Assembly (NCBI GenBank): GCA_052327205.1
Contig: CM126204.1
Span: 73,408,001 to 73,472,000, forward strand
Direction of reading: 5' to 3'
From: Somniosus microcephalus
Taxonomy: Eukaryota
DNA length: 64,000 bases
Below the pieces are notes generated by a model. That model was not told the DNA's origin and searched no databases. It saw nothing but the letters and a program-made list of their open reading frames with translations. Below, piece by piece: positions 51,937-63,005 of this stretch (positions within the stretch are counted from its first letter, which is position 1; the number at the start of each line of letters is the position of its first letter). The position numbers and the translations under genes are program-made.

Positions 51937-52640
51937 GGCCTAGAACTTCAGTGGGCTGCGCCTTAAGAGGGCGCTAAGTGGGTCGGAAGCCACTGGCCAC
52001 GCCTCCTGCTAAATTTAGTGGGACGCTAATGGCGGCGCTAGCCGTTAGTGCTGCGCCGCTACCGATGACGTCATCGGTGTGCGCAGCGCCCCGCTACCAC
52101 CCCGATCGCGAAATTTAGTTGCGCCCCCCTGCTTTAACGCCGGTCGCTATTTGCGACCGGTTCAGGGGGCCTACCTGCGGCGGTAGAGGCGCTGAGGTGC
52201 GGGGCGGCCATTTTTTTTGCTGGCCGCCTGCCAGCACCTCTCCGCGCTGCCGTCCCCGGCCTCCTGAGCCCCCCCCCGCCCCCCACGGAGTGCCGACTGC
52301 GTTCCAAGAGCCTGGCACTTCTCCTCAGTGCCGGGCTCTTTTGCCGGCACTTGCGATCCTCAATTGCGCTGCACAAGGCCCCTCCCCTTTAAGAAGGGGA
52401 GGAAGGCCTGCAGTACCGCAGTGCGCCGTGCTGCAGCATGTGGCGCTGTGGCACGTTGCGCAGTGATCTTCAACTGCAGCGCCCCAAGAGGGATGCGGGG
52501 CGCCTCGAGTAGCGCCGCGCTTCCCTCTGGGGCGTGCAAAGTGAATTTCCGGCGGGCGGCCGCGACTTCTTCCGGGGCGCTACTTTTGGTGCCCTGGCGA
52601 GGCTGCCGCCCCAAACGGGGCGCTACTGAATTTCTAGGCC
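51937..52640. mobile_element. CpG-rich non-autonomous TIR element family C
   Basis: GGCCTAGAACTTCAGT / ACTGAATTTCTAGGCC; TSD CTT/CTT inside CR1. Confidence 0.9.
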
Positions 52641-53199
52641 CTTATAACCAGGAATATTTAATACCCAATCCTGCCCTTTTTTGAGCCAGGTCTCAGTTAT
52701 TGCCACAACATCATATTATTCCCATGTGGCTATTTGTGCCTGCAGCTCACTTACCTTGTTTACCATGCTTTTTGCATTCACATACGTACACTGTAAACCC
52801 ATCTTAGACCATCCTGTATTCTCTCTTAGTTTGACCCCACTTAATACCTTACCATTTCTTACTTTAGTGCTTTCTGCCTCTCCCAATCCATTGAGCACTT
52901 TATTTCCCCTTTCTAATGTTACATACTGGTGCCATCCCCCAACCAAATTAGTTTAAACCCTCCCCAACAGCATCAGCAAACCTCCCCACGAGGATATTGG
53001 TTCTGGCCCTGTTGAGGTGCAACATTATAGAAAGGACATTAAAGCCATAGAGAACTTAGAGACTCATTACTAGTGATTATAGTTTTGTGGAAATATGTCC
53101 GTTTCTTCTGACATTAGTCCCCTTCTCTGTTGTCATAAGTTCCTTCCTGAAAATCCTTTCATCCCTTCTGTCATCTTGAAGTACTGGCCCATCTCCAGC

Positions 53200-54075
53200 C
53201 CCATCCTCTTGCCTCATGACTTTGCACCACTTCACCCAACATTTGCTGCTTGAGTCCCTCCAGTCTAATTGCCATCCAACCAAGAATGCTGAGATTGCTA
53301 TGGTAAAAGTCACCAATGGTATTTTGTGTGACTGCATCCTCTACCTCTTTATAGCTTGCAATAGAATTGCCTATTCCACTGCCTCTCCATGGTATATCTC
53401 TGAGACATCATGCTCTAATGATTCCATTTCTATCTGTTCCAATGCAATCTCTTCCTCCTCTCACCTTCAGTGTGCCATAATCCTTGATTCCTCTTTCTAT
53501 ATCCTGCACTTCAGTGATATCTTTTGGAAATATGGAGTCAGCTTTCATATATATATAAATGCCACCGAACAGTACCTCTCCACCACCATCCTTAATTCTA
53601 CAACAGTTTCTATGCTGTCCAATTACTTATCCTTCATCAAGTGTTGGATGAGGCGGTACTTTGATCATCTTAACATTGGCAAGATTTAAACCATCCAGTT
53701 TGGTTCCTTCCCAAACCTTAGGCATCAAATCTTCCTCCCTGATTTTCAATGAAACCAAATCCAATGGTTCAGTGTAGAGCTGTTCACATGTGGTCCATCA
53801 CCAGGTCTACCTACTTCCGTCTCTGGAGTATCACTTGCCTACACCCCAGCTCAGTCCCACTGTCACAGAAACCATCAGTTACACTTTTGTCACTTCAAAG
53901 TTCTACTTTTCCAATACCCCCCTCTCACCCATAACACCCTCCCCAGCAATAGCCTACACAAACGTGAGCTAGTCCAGAATTTCACACCTGTATTCTATCC
54001 CTCACAAAGTCCTGAAAACCCATCATACCTGTTCTCATAAATCTCAATGGACTCCCTGTCCTTCACGCCTCCTCA
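53200..54075 (+). mobile_element. Old L2 LINE RT relic
   Basis: LLESLQS...EIAMVKVTNGILCD and LNIGK peptides. Confidence 0.65.
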
Positions 54076-54547
54076 TGTTGTAATAGCTCCCACATAGTTT
54101 TCCTGGGTTTCCAGTTGGTAGCCACCCAAAAAAAAAAATTCCCAGAAAAAGTAGGCATCAGAGGTTGCAGCCAGATCTTTCGGATTGAAGAATCTGTAAA
54201 GGGGCTGACAGCAACCACCTACCACCTGCAGAAAGGAAAGTTTTAAACTGCAGTGGGACAACAAGAAGGACCAGAGACCTACAGGCCATCTAGCTGCTGA
54301 CAGGAGGTAGATGGTCCTGAAGTTGGCAGAAATTGGCACTGCTGTAAGCCATTCAGGCTTGCGGCAATGGACAAATTCCTCCAATATAGGGCATTTATCC
54401 AATCCCAGGAGTGTTTTTAGGCCAAAGGCAAGGCCCGGTTATGCAAATGAACTGAACCCAGAAATTAATTTGGGTTCAGCTGTGCTCCAGTTGGGTGCAG
54501 TTAAGCAACTCAGTGCTGGCTTGCACAAGGACGGGACGAGAAATATT

Positions 54548-55427
54548 GGGGGAAAATTCAGTTGGTTTGCGCCTCCTGTTAGCGCCTTAAGAGGGCGCTA
54601 ATGGGGCACAAAGCAACTAGCGCCCGTGGGCAGCGATGTTTGCGCCGCTCGCAAAATTAACTAGACATTTTGCGGTGACGCTAAACACTACCACACCGAT
54701 CTCCTGCGCCGGCAGATCGTGACGTCAGTCGAGTGCGCAACGCCCTGGAGCGGATATTGAGTGGCGCCCCCTGCCTTACCGCCTGCCGCTAGCAACAACA
54801 GGTTGAGGGGAGCGTTTTGCAGTCGGGAAGGGACTGGGGGAGTGCTATTTAAAGGTGACCGCTTCCTGCCTTTTTTTGTTGGTGACATTTTTGCACCACG
54901 CATTCTGAGAGAGAGAGAGAGAGAGAGAGAGACTTCTGGAGAAATTCAATGCTTTTTTGGGTACTGAGCAGCACTTTGCAGGTTCATTTTGATTTGCCCT
55001 TCCTTGTATCTATTTAGAAGAGACTATGGGGGCTGCACTCTGAGCTCTTTCCCATGGCCTCTCCATTGTTCTTTCCAGCAGATTTGATGTACAGGTCTCT
55101 CCAGGCCGAGATTCAAGGCTGCAATGAGCAGGATGTGGATGGAGAGCAAGATCAACCCTCCCCTTTAAGAACTGGCCAGCGCCATTGTGTCTGTGTTCCA
55201 TTGCTGACTGACATCACATGAGCTTCGCCAGCGCTCTGAGGTAGCGCCTTGCTCCTCGGCCTTTGCGCCTTAAGACAGGTGTGTAGCGCCTGATTTAGCG
55301 TTCTAATCACCTCCAGGGGCGATAAAAGCCAAGTTTGCAGTTGGAGTCAATAATTAGCGCCAGGCGCTAAACTTTGCGCACATCTGATAATTGCACCCCA
55401 AACGGGGCGATACTGAATTTTTCCCCC
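54548..55427. mobile_element. Family C-related TIR element
   Basis: GGGGGAAAATTCAGT / ACTGAATTTTTCCCCC; TSD ATT/ATT; shares the CCCCAAACGGGGCG.TACTGAATTT end with 52608-52633. Confidence 0.85.
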
Positions 55428-56863
55428 ATTGACTTTACTTCTCATACATCGAGGACGCTCTTGCCAACTTTTTTCTTCCCTTTTAATATGTAGTGACAGT
55501 AAGAGTAGTAGACACAATGTGAGGTATGTAATAAACTTGTATCAATAAAAGACCTGAAGGTATATGGCATCATCTGACTTGTACTGCGGCAATACCATTT
55601 TATAGCAATATAGAGGATAATATAATATAGACCATACATTATAGGAGCATTTCTTGTTGTGAAACACTGTTATACACCAAACTGAATATATTATGGTAAT
55701 GATCTGTATAGAATGTAATTTGAAAAATTTATTTTTACTGGAATAGAATCAATGAAAATATCCTCCTACACTGACCTTAGATATTTACAAGATGTATTTT
55801 GCCTGATTAAACAAAGCTACAAATATATGTGCAATATTTATCTAAAGTCCTCAGTTCATGAAAATTTGAATGCTATGTCACATTTTTAGGGAAAATAGTT
55901 TATCAAGAAATTGCCTTATTAGAATAGTGATATTTGGCTTTGAAAATGCATTTTGAGTTTCTCTTCTTCAATAGAGACAATTTTCTTCCAGTAAATAAAC
56001 TGTCATGCTACTTGTTATATATTGTTGAATTCTTCATACTCCGAGGATTCCACTGATATAAAACATGTATATGTTAGATTGGTAATGGTATCTTTAGTGG
56101 GCTGAGTAGAACAAATGTGTTTCCTTCATGGCTGCAATAATGTGATAAAGGGAAATTGGCTGTTCATCAGCTGTTGGCTGTGTTAAGACAGAGATGGAAA
56201 ACATCTTTTGGTTACTCTGGAATGCCAAAGACAAACTTTATACCAATTGACTTTCATTTTTCATTGTTTCCTGTATAACTGATAACACATTAAATGCATA
56301 ACAATTTTATTGATAAGGAAACCTATGTATGTTGTGTATATTTTATCCAGACATTATTTATTATATTTAATCAAACATTGTAATTACTTTCATTTACATT
56401 TGTCCACATGTTCTAAATGTTGTTTTAATAATTTTAGAACAGTTTGTTTTTAATTTAAATGACTAATTAAAGATCTTACTAGTATTGGTGAATATAGCAG
56501 AATACTTTACTATGATGACCACCTGGCATCTGATAATCTTCAGTGTCTAAATAGTACTCTAGGCTGAGGTTTGGGCTGACCCTTCTCTAGCAGCATAATG
56601 AGATATGTATAAATCAGTTCTTCATATCTTCAGCTAAATTTTGTTGGTTGTCTTTTTAGGATTCATGATGTAGGTGATAATTACAGTGTACTAGAATTCA
56701 TCCAACATTAATGACGTTGTAAATTGATAAAATAAGGCAAAAATATTAGAAACCTCTCAATTGTTCTTTCAGTTTTGTTGGTATGTGGGAATCTGATAAG
56801 AAAAAATAAGTAGGGGGTAATAATATATAGCGAATACACTGGGAAAGGAGGGAGTGGTTTATA

Positions 56864-57294
56864 GGCACTTTACAGCCTTCCGGACTCAATATCGAGTTCA
56901 ACAATTTCAGATCATAACCTCGGCCCCTATTATATTTTTATATATTTTTTTTATCCACACCTTTGTTTTGTGCCCTTCCCCCTTTTTTTCTCTCCCACAT
57001 GGCAGCTGTCTCTCATTCTGCCAGCGCATTTCACACCTCATCTAGAGCCGTCTTTTGTCTCTTTACCAGTCCTATCACCGTCTCGTCTCGTTTCGAATAC
57101 CTCTTAATGTCTCTTCACTTCTCTTTTGTTCTTTCATCCCCATTTCCCAGCCCTAAAACTGGCCTTTTAATCTATTTCATTTCCTGTGTTTTTTCAGTCC
57201 TGACGAAGGGTTTCGACCTGAAACGTTGACTCTATTTCTCTCTCCACGGATATTGCCTGGCCTGCTGAGTTTTTCCAGCATTTTCTGTTGTTAT
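56864..57294 (+). mobile_element. Penelope-like element, 3' remnant
   Basis: GTLQPSGLNIEFNNFRS*; homologous to 25397-25844; 11-bp TSD AGTGGTTTATA. Confidence 0.88.
57196..57231 (+). ncRNA. Minimal type-I hammerhead ribozyme motif, intact core
   Basis: AGTC-CTGACGA-A-GGGT TTCG ACCT-GAAA-C-GTT-GACT. Confidence 0.75.
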
Positions 57295-57522
57295 AGTGGT
57301 TTATAAGCTTGTTTTGTTCTATTATATTTTTGTATTCTCTTTTGATTCTTCCTTCATAACTTTTGTAAATATATATTTCATTTTGTATAACTTCTTCTGT
57401 TATAGTTGCATTTCAAAGTGAATCTGTGCATTTTGTATAATTGTGAGCCTTCCACAGTTTCCGCCCTGTGCACTTCTCTTTTCTCTTGTACCTTAAATCA
57501 TTCACAGAGGGCAGAACACAAT

Positions 57523-58381
57523 GGCCCGTAATTTCCGATAGGAGGCTTACCTGAGGGCTCCCGAGGTCCGGAAACTTCCGATCCTGGGCCTCTCCACAGT
57601 CGAAATGCGCAGGGCCCACGTATCCCAGGGGCACATGTGGTTCATAAGTGTCCCTGGGATCACGTGGGCCAGGCAAGCTAATGGGAAAAGGAATCTCCCT
57701 TCATACTTTTGACAGATAGACCTGTCAAAAGTATGAATGGTGATCACTGAAAAAAGACATCAAAACATTAAATACATTTTTTTTTAAATAACGTTTTTAA
57801 AATTAGTTAAAATTACATTAAATTAAATATTTTAAACAAAAATGTAATTTTTTGAAAAAAATAATTAAAGTTTTTTACGGGGTTAAAAATAAACTTACCT
57901 TTTTAAAATAATAGCAAAGTACTGTGGATGCTGGAGATCTGAAATAACAGAAAATGCTGGAAATACTCAGCAGGCCAGGCAGCATCCGTGGAGAGAGAAA
58001 CAGAGTTAACGTTTCAGGTCTGGGACACTTCATCAGAACTGGAAAAAGCTGGAAATGTAACAGATACCTTTTTTTAAAGTATTTTTAAATTATAAATGAG
58101 TGAAAACATTTTTAAAAACTTTTTAAAACTCTTATGCTGGTAAAAGCAGGCCTTACACCTGCTTTTACCAGGCGTAAGATTGTTAAGTGATTTCAGTGGG
58201 TGGAGGTTCTACAGAAAGTGGATCTCTCCACCCGCAGAGGCCCTTCTCTATGGATTCTTGACAGATTAGAAATGCCGGTTTTCAGCGCATGCGCTACGCA
58301 TGCCTGAAACCGGCATTTCCGATGTCCCTACGGGTGTGTACACACCTCATACACACCCGTAGGCATCGGAAAATACGGGCC
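57523..58381 (+). mobile_element. Non-autonomous TIR element family A
   Basis: GGCCCGTAATTTCCGAT / ATCGGAAAATACGGGCC (16 of 17); TSD AAT/AAT. Confidence 0.88.
57908..58064 (-). mobile_element. Penelope terminal-repeat fragment with hammerhead (58004-58040), nested in the family A element
   Basis: Reverse complement of the 57190-57294 region; AGTT-CTGATGA...GAAA-CGTT-AACT; flanking TACCTTTTT repeat. Confidence 0.82.
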
Positions 58382-59559
58382 AATGTAAAAGATAAGGTGG
58401 CATCTCTGAAATCTGTGAAAACATATATATCATTCAAAGCTTTATAGACATATACACGTTATAGGGTCTGTGAAGACAAGAAAAAAGAGCTGTCCAAAAA
58501 ATTGGCAACCTGCAAATGTTAGTCGATACTAACTGTCAACAGAGTCTTAAGATAGTGTTCTAAAACTTTAGTGAGCCGAAACATTATTCAGTGCTTTTTC
58601 ACTTCAGAACATAGCATGATTCAGATTATACTACCCTGTAAGACTTGATGTTCTGCAGTAGAATTTCAAAAGTTTCAGGGTTAAAAATTTTGATATCATT
58701 TATTAAGAATATTCCACGTTATTTGTGCAGTCTGTCACAAGATCCAACAATCGGAGTGCTCTGCCTTTTGTTGAGGCCCATTCCAGTCTGTATGAAAGCA
58801 AGGTTTTCTTTTAATCCGGACTAGTACACAAGCAGTGGCTTGGAAAATATTTACAATATATTTACAATTATGTTAACAAGGTAGGCCTGTGCTTCTTCTA
58901 TTGATTGTGAAAAGCACATCTCTCATTTGAACCCAAATTAGAGCTGCCTTCAGATTTTCCTGTTTTGCTTGTCATTCATTGGGCTTTCATCCATAAAGAT
59001 GCAATTTTGTGGCCCTGCTTGATTTGATTAGAGTGGATATCAAGGAAAACTAAAGCTCGTCTCCTCTTGCCATCCTTTCAGCGGTGCATGCGTGCCAGAC
59101 AACAATTACTTGAGAAGTTAATCAGTACTAGATTTTGAAGAAAGGAAGCAGTTTTTGTATGCAGCCTGCAGCGCATAAAACACTTCTTAAACCCTCCAAT
59201 AGAGTAAAAGTCTACATGTCTACCATGTCTATTCAAAGAAATGAATAGAGGCTAAATGGGATGATGTGCTTCAGAATTCATTTGCATTTGCTCATCTATA
59301 TTTCTGCTCCTTGAAAGAGAGCGGAAAAAAAATATCCAGACTGTTTTTTGCAATATGTTGCTGTGAATGCGTACTACAAACTGAAGGAGGTAGAAGGTGG
59401 TATCCTGATTTAAAAGAAGTTTAACAACTGAATGTCTGAAAGCATTATTATATTTTCAGTGCATAAACTATTGCATTTCATAAGTGCCTTGTTATATAAA
59501 TCCAAATGAATCTTACAAATCTATATTTTTTAATTAGAAAAGTTTTCTTTTTTGATTTT

Positions 59560-60697
59560 TTTAATATTTAGTTTTGGGATATGGGCATCGCTGGCAAGGC
59601 AGGCATTTATTGCCCATCCTTAGTTGCCCTTGAAAAGGTGGTGGTGGGCTTTCATCTTGAATGCTGCAGTTCATGTGGTGAAGGTACTCCCACAATGATG
59701 TTGGGTAAGGAGTTCCAGGATGTTGACCCAGCGATGATGAAGGAATGGTGCTATATTTCCAAATAGGGATTGGGTCATGACTTGGAGGGGAACTTGGAGT
59801 GATGGTGTTCCCATGCACCTACTGCCCTTGTCCTTCTAGGTGGTGGAGGCCAGGGGTTTGGGAGGTGCTGCTGAAGAAGCCTTGGCGACTTGCGGCATTG
59901 CATCCTGCAGATAGCACACCCTGTAGCCACAATACACTGGTGATGGAGGGTGAAGCTGGTAGATAGGGTTCCGATTAAGAGGTCTGCTTTGTCCTGAATG
60001 GTATAGAGCTTCTTGAGTGTTGTTGTAGATTCACCTATCTAGGCAAGTAGACAGTACTCCATCACATTCCTGATTTGTGCCTTAAAAGCAGTGGAAAGGC
60101 ATTTGGGAGTCAGGAGGTGAGCCACGTGCTGTAGATTATCCAGCCTTTGGCCTGCTCTAGTAGCCACGGTATTTACATGGCTGGTCCAGTCAGCTTTCTG
60201 GTCAATGTTGATGGTGGGAGATTCGGCGATGGCAATGCCATTGAATGTCAAGGAGAGGTGGTTAGCCTCTTTCTTGTTAGAGATGGTCATTGCCTGGAAC
60301 TTGTGTGGCAGCTATGTTACTTGCCACTTATCAGCCCAAGCCTGGATGTTGTCCAGATCTTGCTGAATGTGGGCACGGACTGTTTCATTATCTGAGTAAT
60401 TGCGAATGGAACTAAAAATTGCAATCATCAGCAAACTGCTCCACTTCTGACCTTATGATGGAAGGAAGATCATTGATGAAGCAGCTGAAGATAGTTGGGG
60501 CTACGACGTTGTCCTGACAAACTCCTGCAGCGATATCCTGTGGCTGAGATGATTGGTCTCCAACACCCACAACCATCTTCCTTTATGCCAGGTATGACTC
60601 CATCCATTGGAGGTTTTCCCCCCGATGCCCTTTGACTTCAGTTTTACTAGGGCTCCTTGGTGCCACACTCAGTCAAGTGTTGCCTTGATATCAAGGG
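59560..60697 (-). mobile_element. Second CR1-group LINE family, 3' part
   Basis: Colinear with 2540-2752 plus 4019-4968. Confidence 0.87.
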
Positions 60698-62144
60698 CAT
60701 TATTTATGCTTTCTTTAAGATAGTGACCATATATAACTTGTGCATTCAAAAATACAACAAAAATCATAATGAACTATGTATAATGATTTGGCACAATACA
60801 AAAATCAAAACTAATTCTGAAAGTATTGTACATCGGTGGTGCTACGTTCAAAAGGACATCTAACATACCCAGTCAATAGTGTATTTTCCCAGGCTTGGGT
60901 CCTCTAGATTGGCTGTCAGGATGCAATGTGAAGCCAGAGCCCCTGTTGCAATCAACGGAACTGCTCCACAGTACTCGCTGCTTCTCTTCATCGGTGATGC
61001 TACCATTTTTGCTGGGAGGCAAGAAGACTCTTAGAAAAAGGAACATTTTTGAATCATAAAAAATATCAAGGCTAATTTTTATCAATCTATATTTTACTTA
61101 ATAAATAATGGGTTCTAAAAAGTACTCCCCTTTAGATTTTTCTTCCACTTTTAAGTAAAAGATGTTTATTTTTCTTCAGTATCCAGTATTGCTTTCCCCT
61201 TAACACTGTCCTTTCAATTCCATTTCATATTTCCTAAGTTTTTACATTATTGCCTGTACACCCTCTTAGATGCAATTGTAATAGTTGTCAGAATGTTCAG
61301 CAACTTGTTCTCCTTTTTTATTCTGTGGATTCTGATATAATTAATATAATAAGGGAAAAGAGCATGCAAATATTTCATTCGCATCCATGTTTAATGTATT
61401 TATTGTGCAAATGCATTAATATAATATGATGAATAGAAAGTTTGTTGTGCATATTGCAATAACCACCAGTGTGGGCATCAGTGTTACGGCAATTTATCTC
61501 CACACACATCAATATGACATATGCACTCATTTTAATGAAAATATTGCGAAAGATATTAAAGCGCAATTTCAATTGCATTGACATAGGACTGCAGGCTTCT
61601 CATGGCAGCAGAGTGTGCCATGTAATGATTCAGAATTTGAAGTAATGAATATAGTAAATTGGATCGTCTCACCAATAATTGGATCAATTGGCATTTTTAT
61701 TTCACTGGCATGAAATATATATTATCATGTTAAACCACCATCAGAATTTTTCAAACCAGCATCAGCATGGCATAAAATTGACCTACAGTTGGACTATTAC
61801 ACTCTTAGAGCCTTAAGTGATTATTTGAAGGGTAACACACAGTTATGAGGGAAAGTCTAACTTTTCTATGAATGAGGTATCAGTGGTAAAATTCTGAAAA
61901 ATGTATCACAGTCGGGGAGGAAGAAAAGAAGGAAGGAAAGGCATGGAGGAGGGGAGAAACAAATGTGGGAGGGGAGGAGGGCAGGGGAATGAAGGGTGGG
62001 GGGGTGGTGAACTGGCTCACTGAGTGGGGCACGGAGCAGCTGAAAACTTGTTCTGTAGAGGGTAAAGGCCGAAAACATGTTCAGTAGGGAGAGGGAAAGG
62101 GGATGAGGGCCGAGAACTTGATCATTGGCGGGTTGGGGGAGGGT

Positions 62145-63005
62145 GTCATAGAGTCATAGATTTACACAGCACAGAAAGAGGCCCTTCGGCCCATCGTGTC
62201 CGCGCCGGCCATCAAGCCCTATCTATTCTAATCCCATTTTCCAGCACTTGGTCCGTAGCCTTGTATGCTATGGCGTTTCAAGTGCTCATCTAAATGCTTC
62301 TTGAATGTTGTGAGGGTTCCTGCCTCTATCACCCTTTCAGGCAGTTAGTTCCAGATTCCAACCACCCTCTGGGTGAAAAAGTTTTTCCTCAAATCCCCTC
62401 TAAACCTCCTGCCCCTTACCATGAAACTATGCCCCCTGGTTATTGACCCCTCTACTAAGGGGAAAAGTTCCTTTCTATCTACCCTATCTATGCCCCTCAT
62501 AATTTTGTACACCTCAATCAGGTCCCCCCTCAGCCTTCTCTGCTTTAAGGAAAACAACCCCAGCCTGTCCAGTCTCTCTTCATAGCTGAAGTGCTCCAGC
62601 CCAGGTAACATCCTGCTGAATCTCCTCTGCACCCTCTCCAATGCAATCACATCCTTCCAATAGTGTGGCGACCAGAACTGCGCACAGTATTCCAGCTGTG
62701 ACCTAACTAGCGTTTGTACAGCTCCATCATAACCTCCCTGCTCTTATATTCTGTGCCTCAGCTAATGAAGGCAAGTATCCCATATGCCTTTTTAACCACC
62801 TTATCTACCTGTCTTGCTGCCTTCAGGGATCTATGTACATGCACACCAAGGTCTCTCTGATCCTCTGTCCTCCCTAGGAGCCTACCATTCATTGTGTATT
62901 CCCTTACCTTGTTAGTCCTCCCAAAATGCATCACCTCACACTTTTCAGGGTTAAATTCCATTTGCCACTGTTCTGCCCATCTGACCAACCCGTCTATATC
63001 GTCCT
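62145..63005 (-). mobile_element. CR1 3' fragment, target of the right-hand G1 insertion
   Basis: ORFs 62345-62650 and 62758-62988; octamer tail. Confidence 0.92.

Larger units (their letters stand above)
48388..53022 (-). mobile_element. Long CR1 LINE (end of ORF1 through 3' tail) carrying two TIR-element insertions
   Basis: YVNAKS..ATW, MGDFNYP, KSPGPDG, RT ORF 49877-50665, (ATTCTATG)n tail; itself inserted in a short plus-strand CR1 relic (about 48110-48387, 53023-53055). Confidence 0.93.

Noticed and set aside
52115-52684. Cluster of overlapping ORFs in family C
   Set aside because: Stop-poor GC-rich sequence, both strands open, no domain signature, element bounded by TIR and TSD
56640-56715. 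Splice acceptor TCTTTTTAG followed by an exon
   Set aside because: The best frame closes within 17 codons and there is no convincing donor
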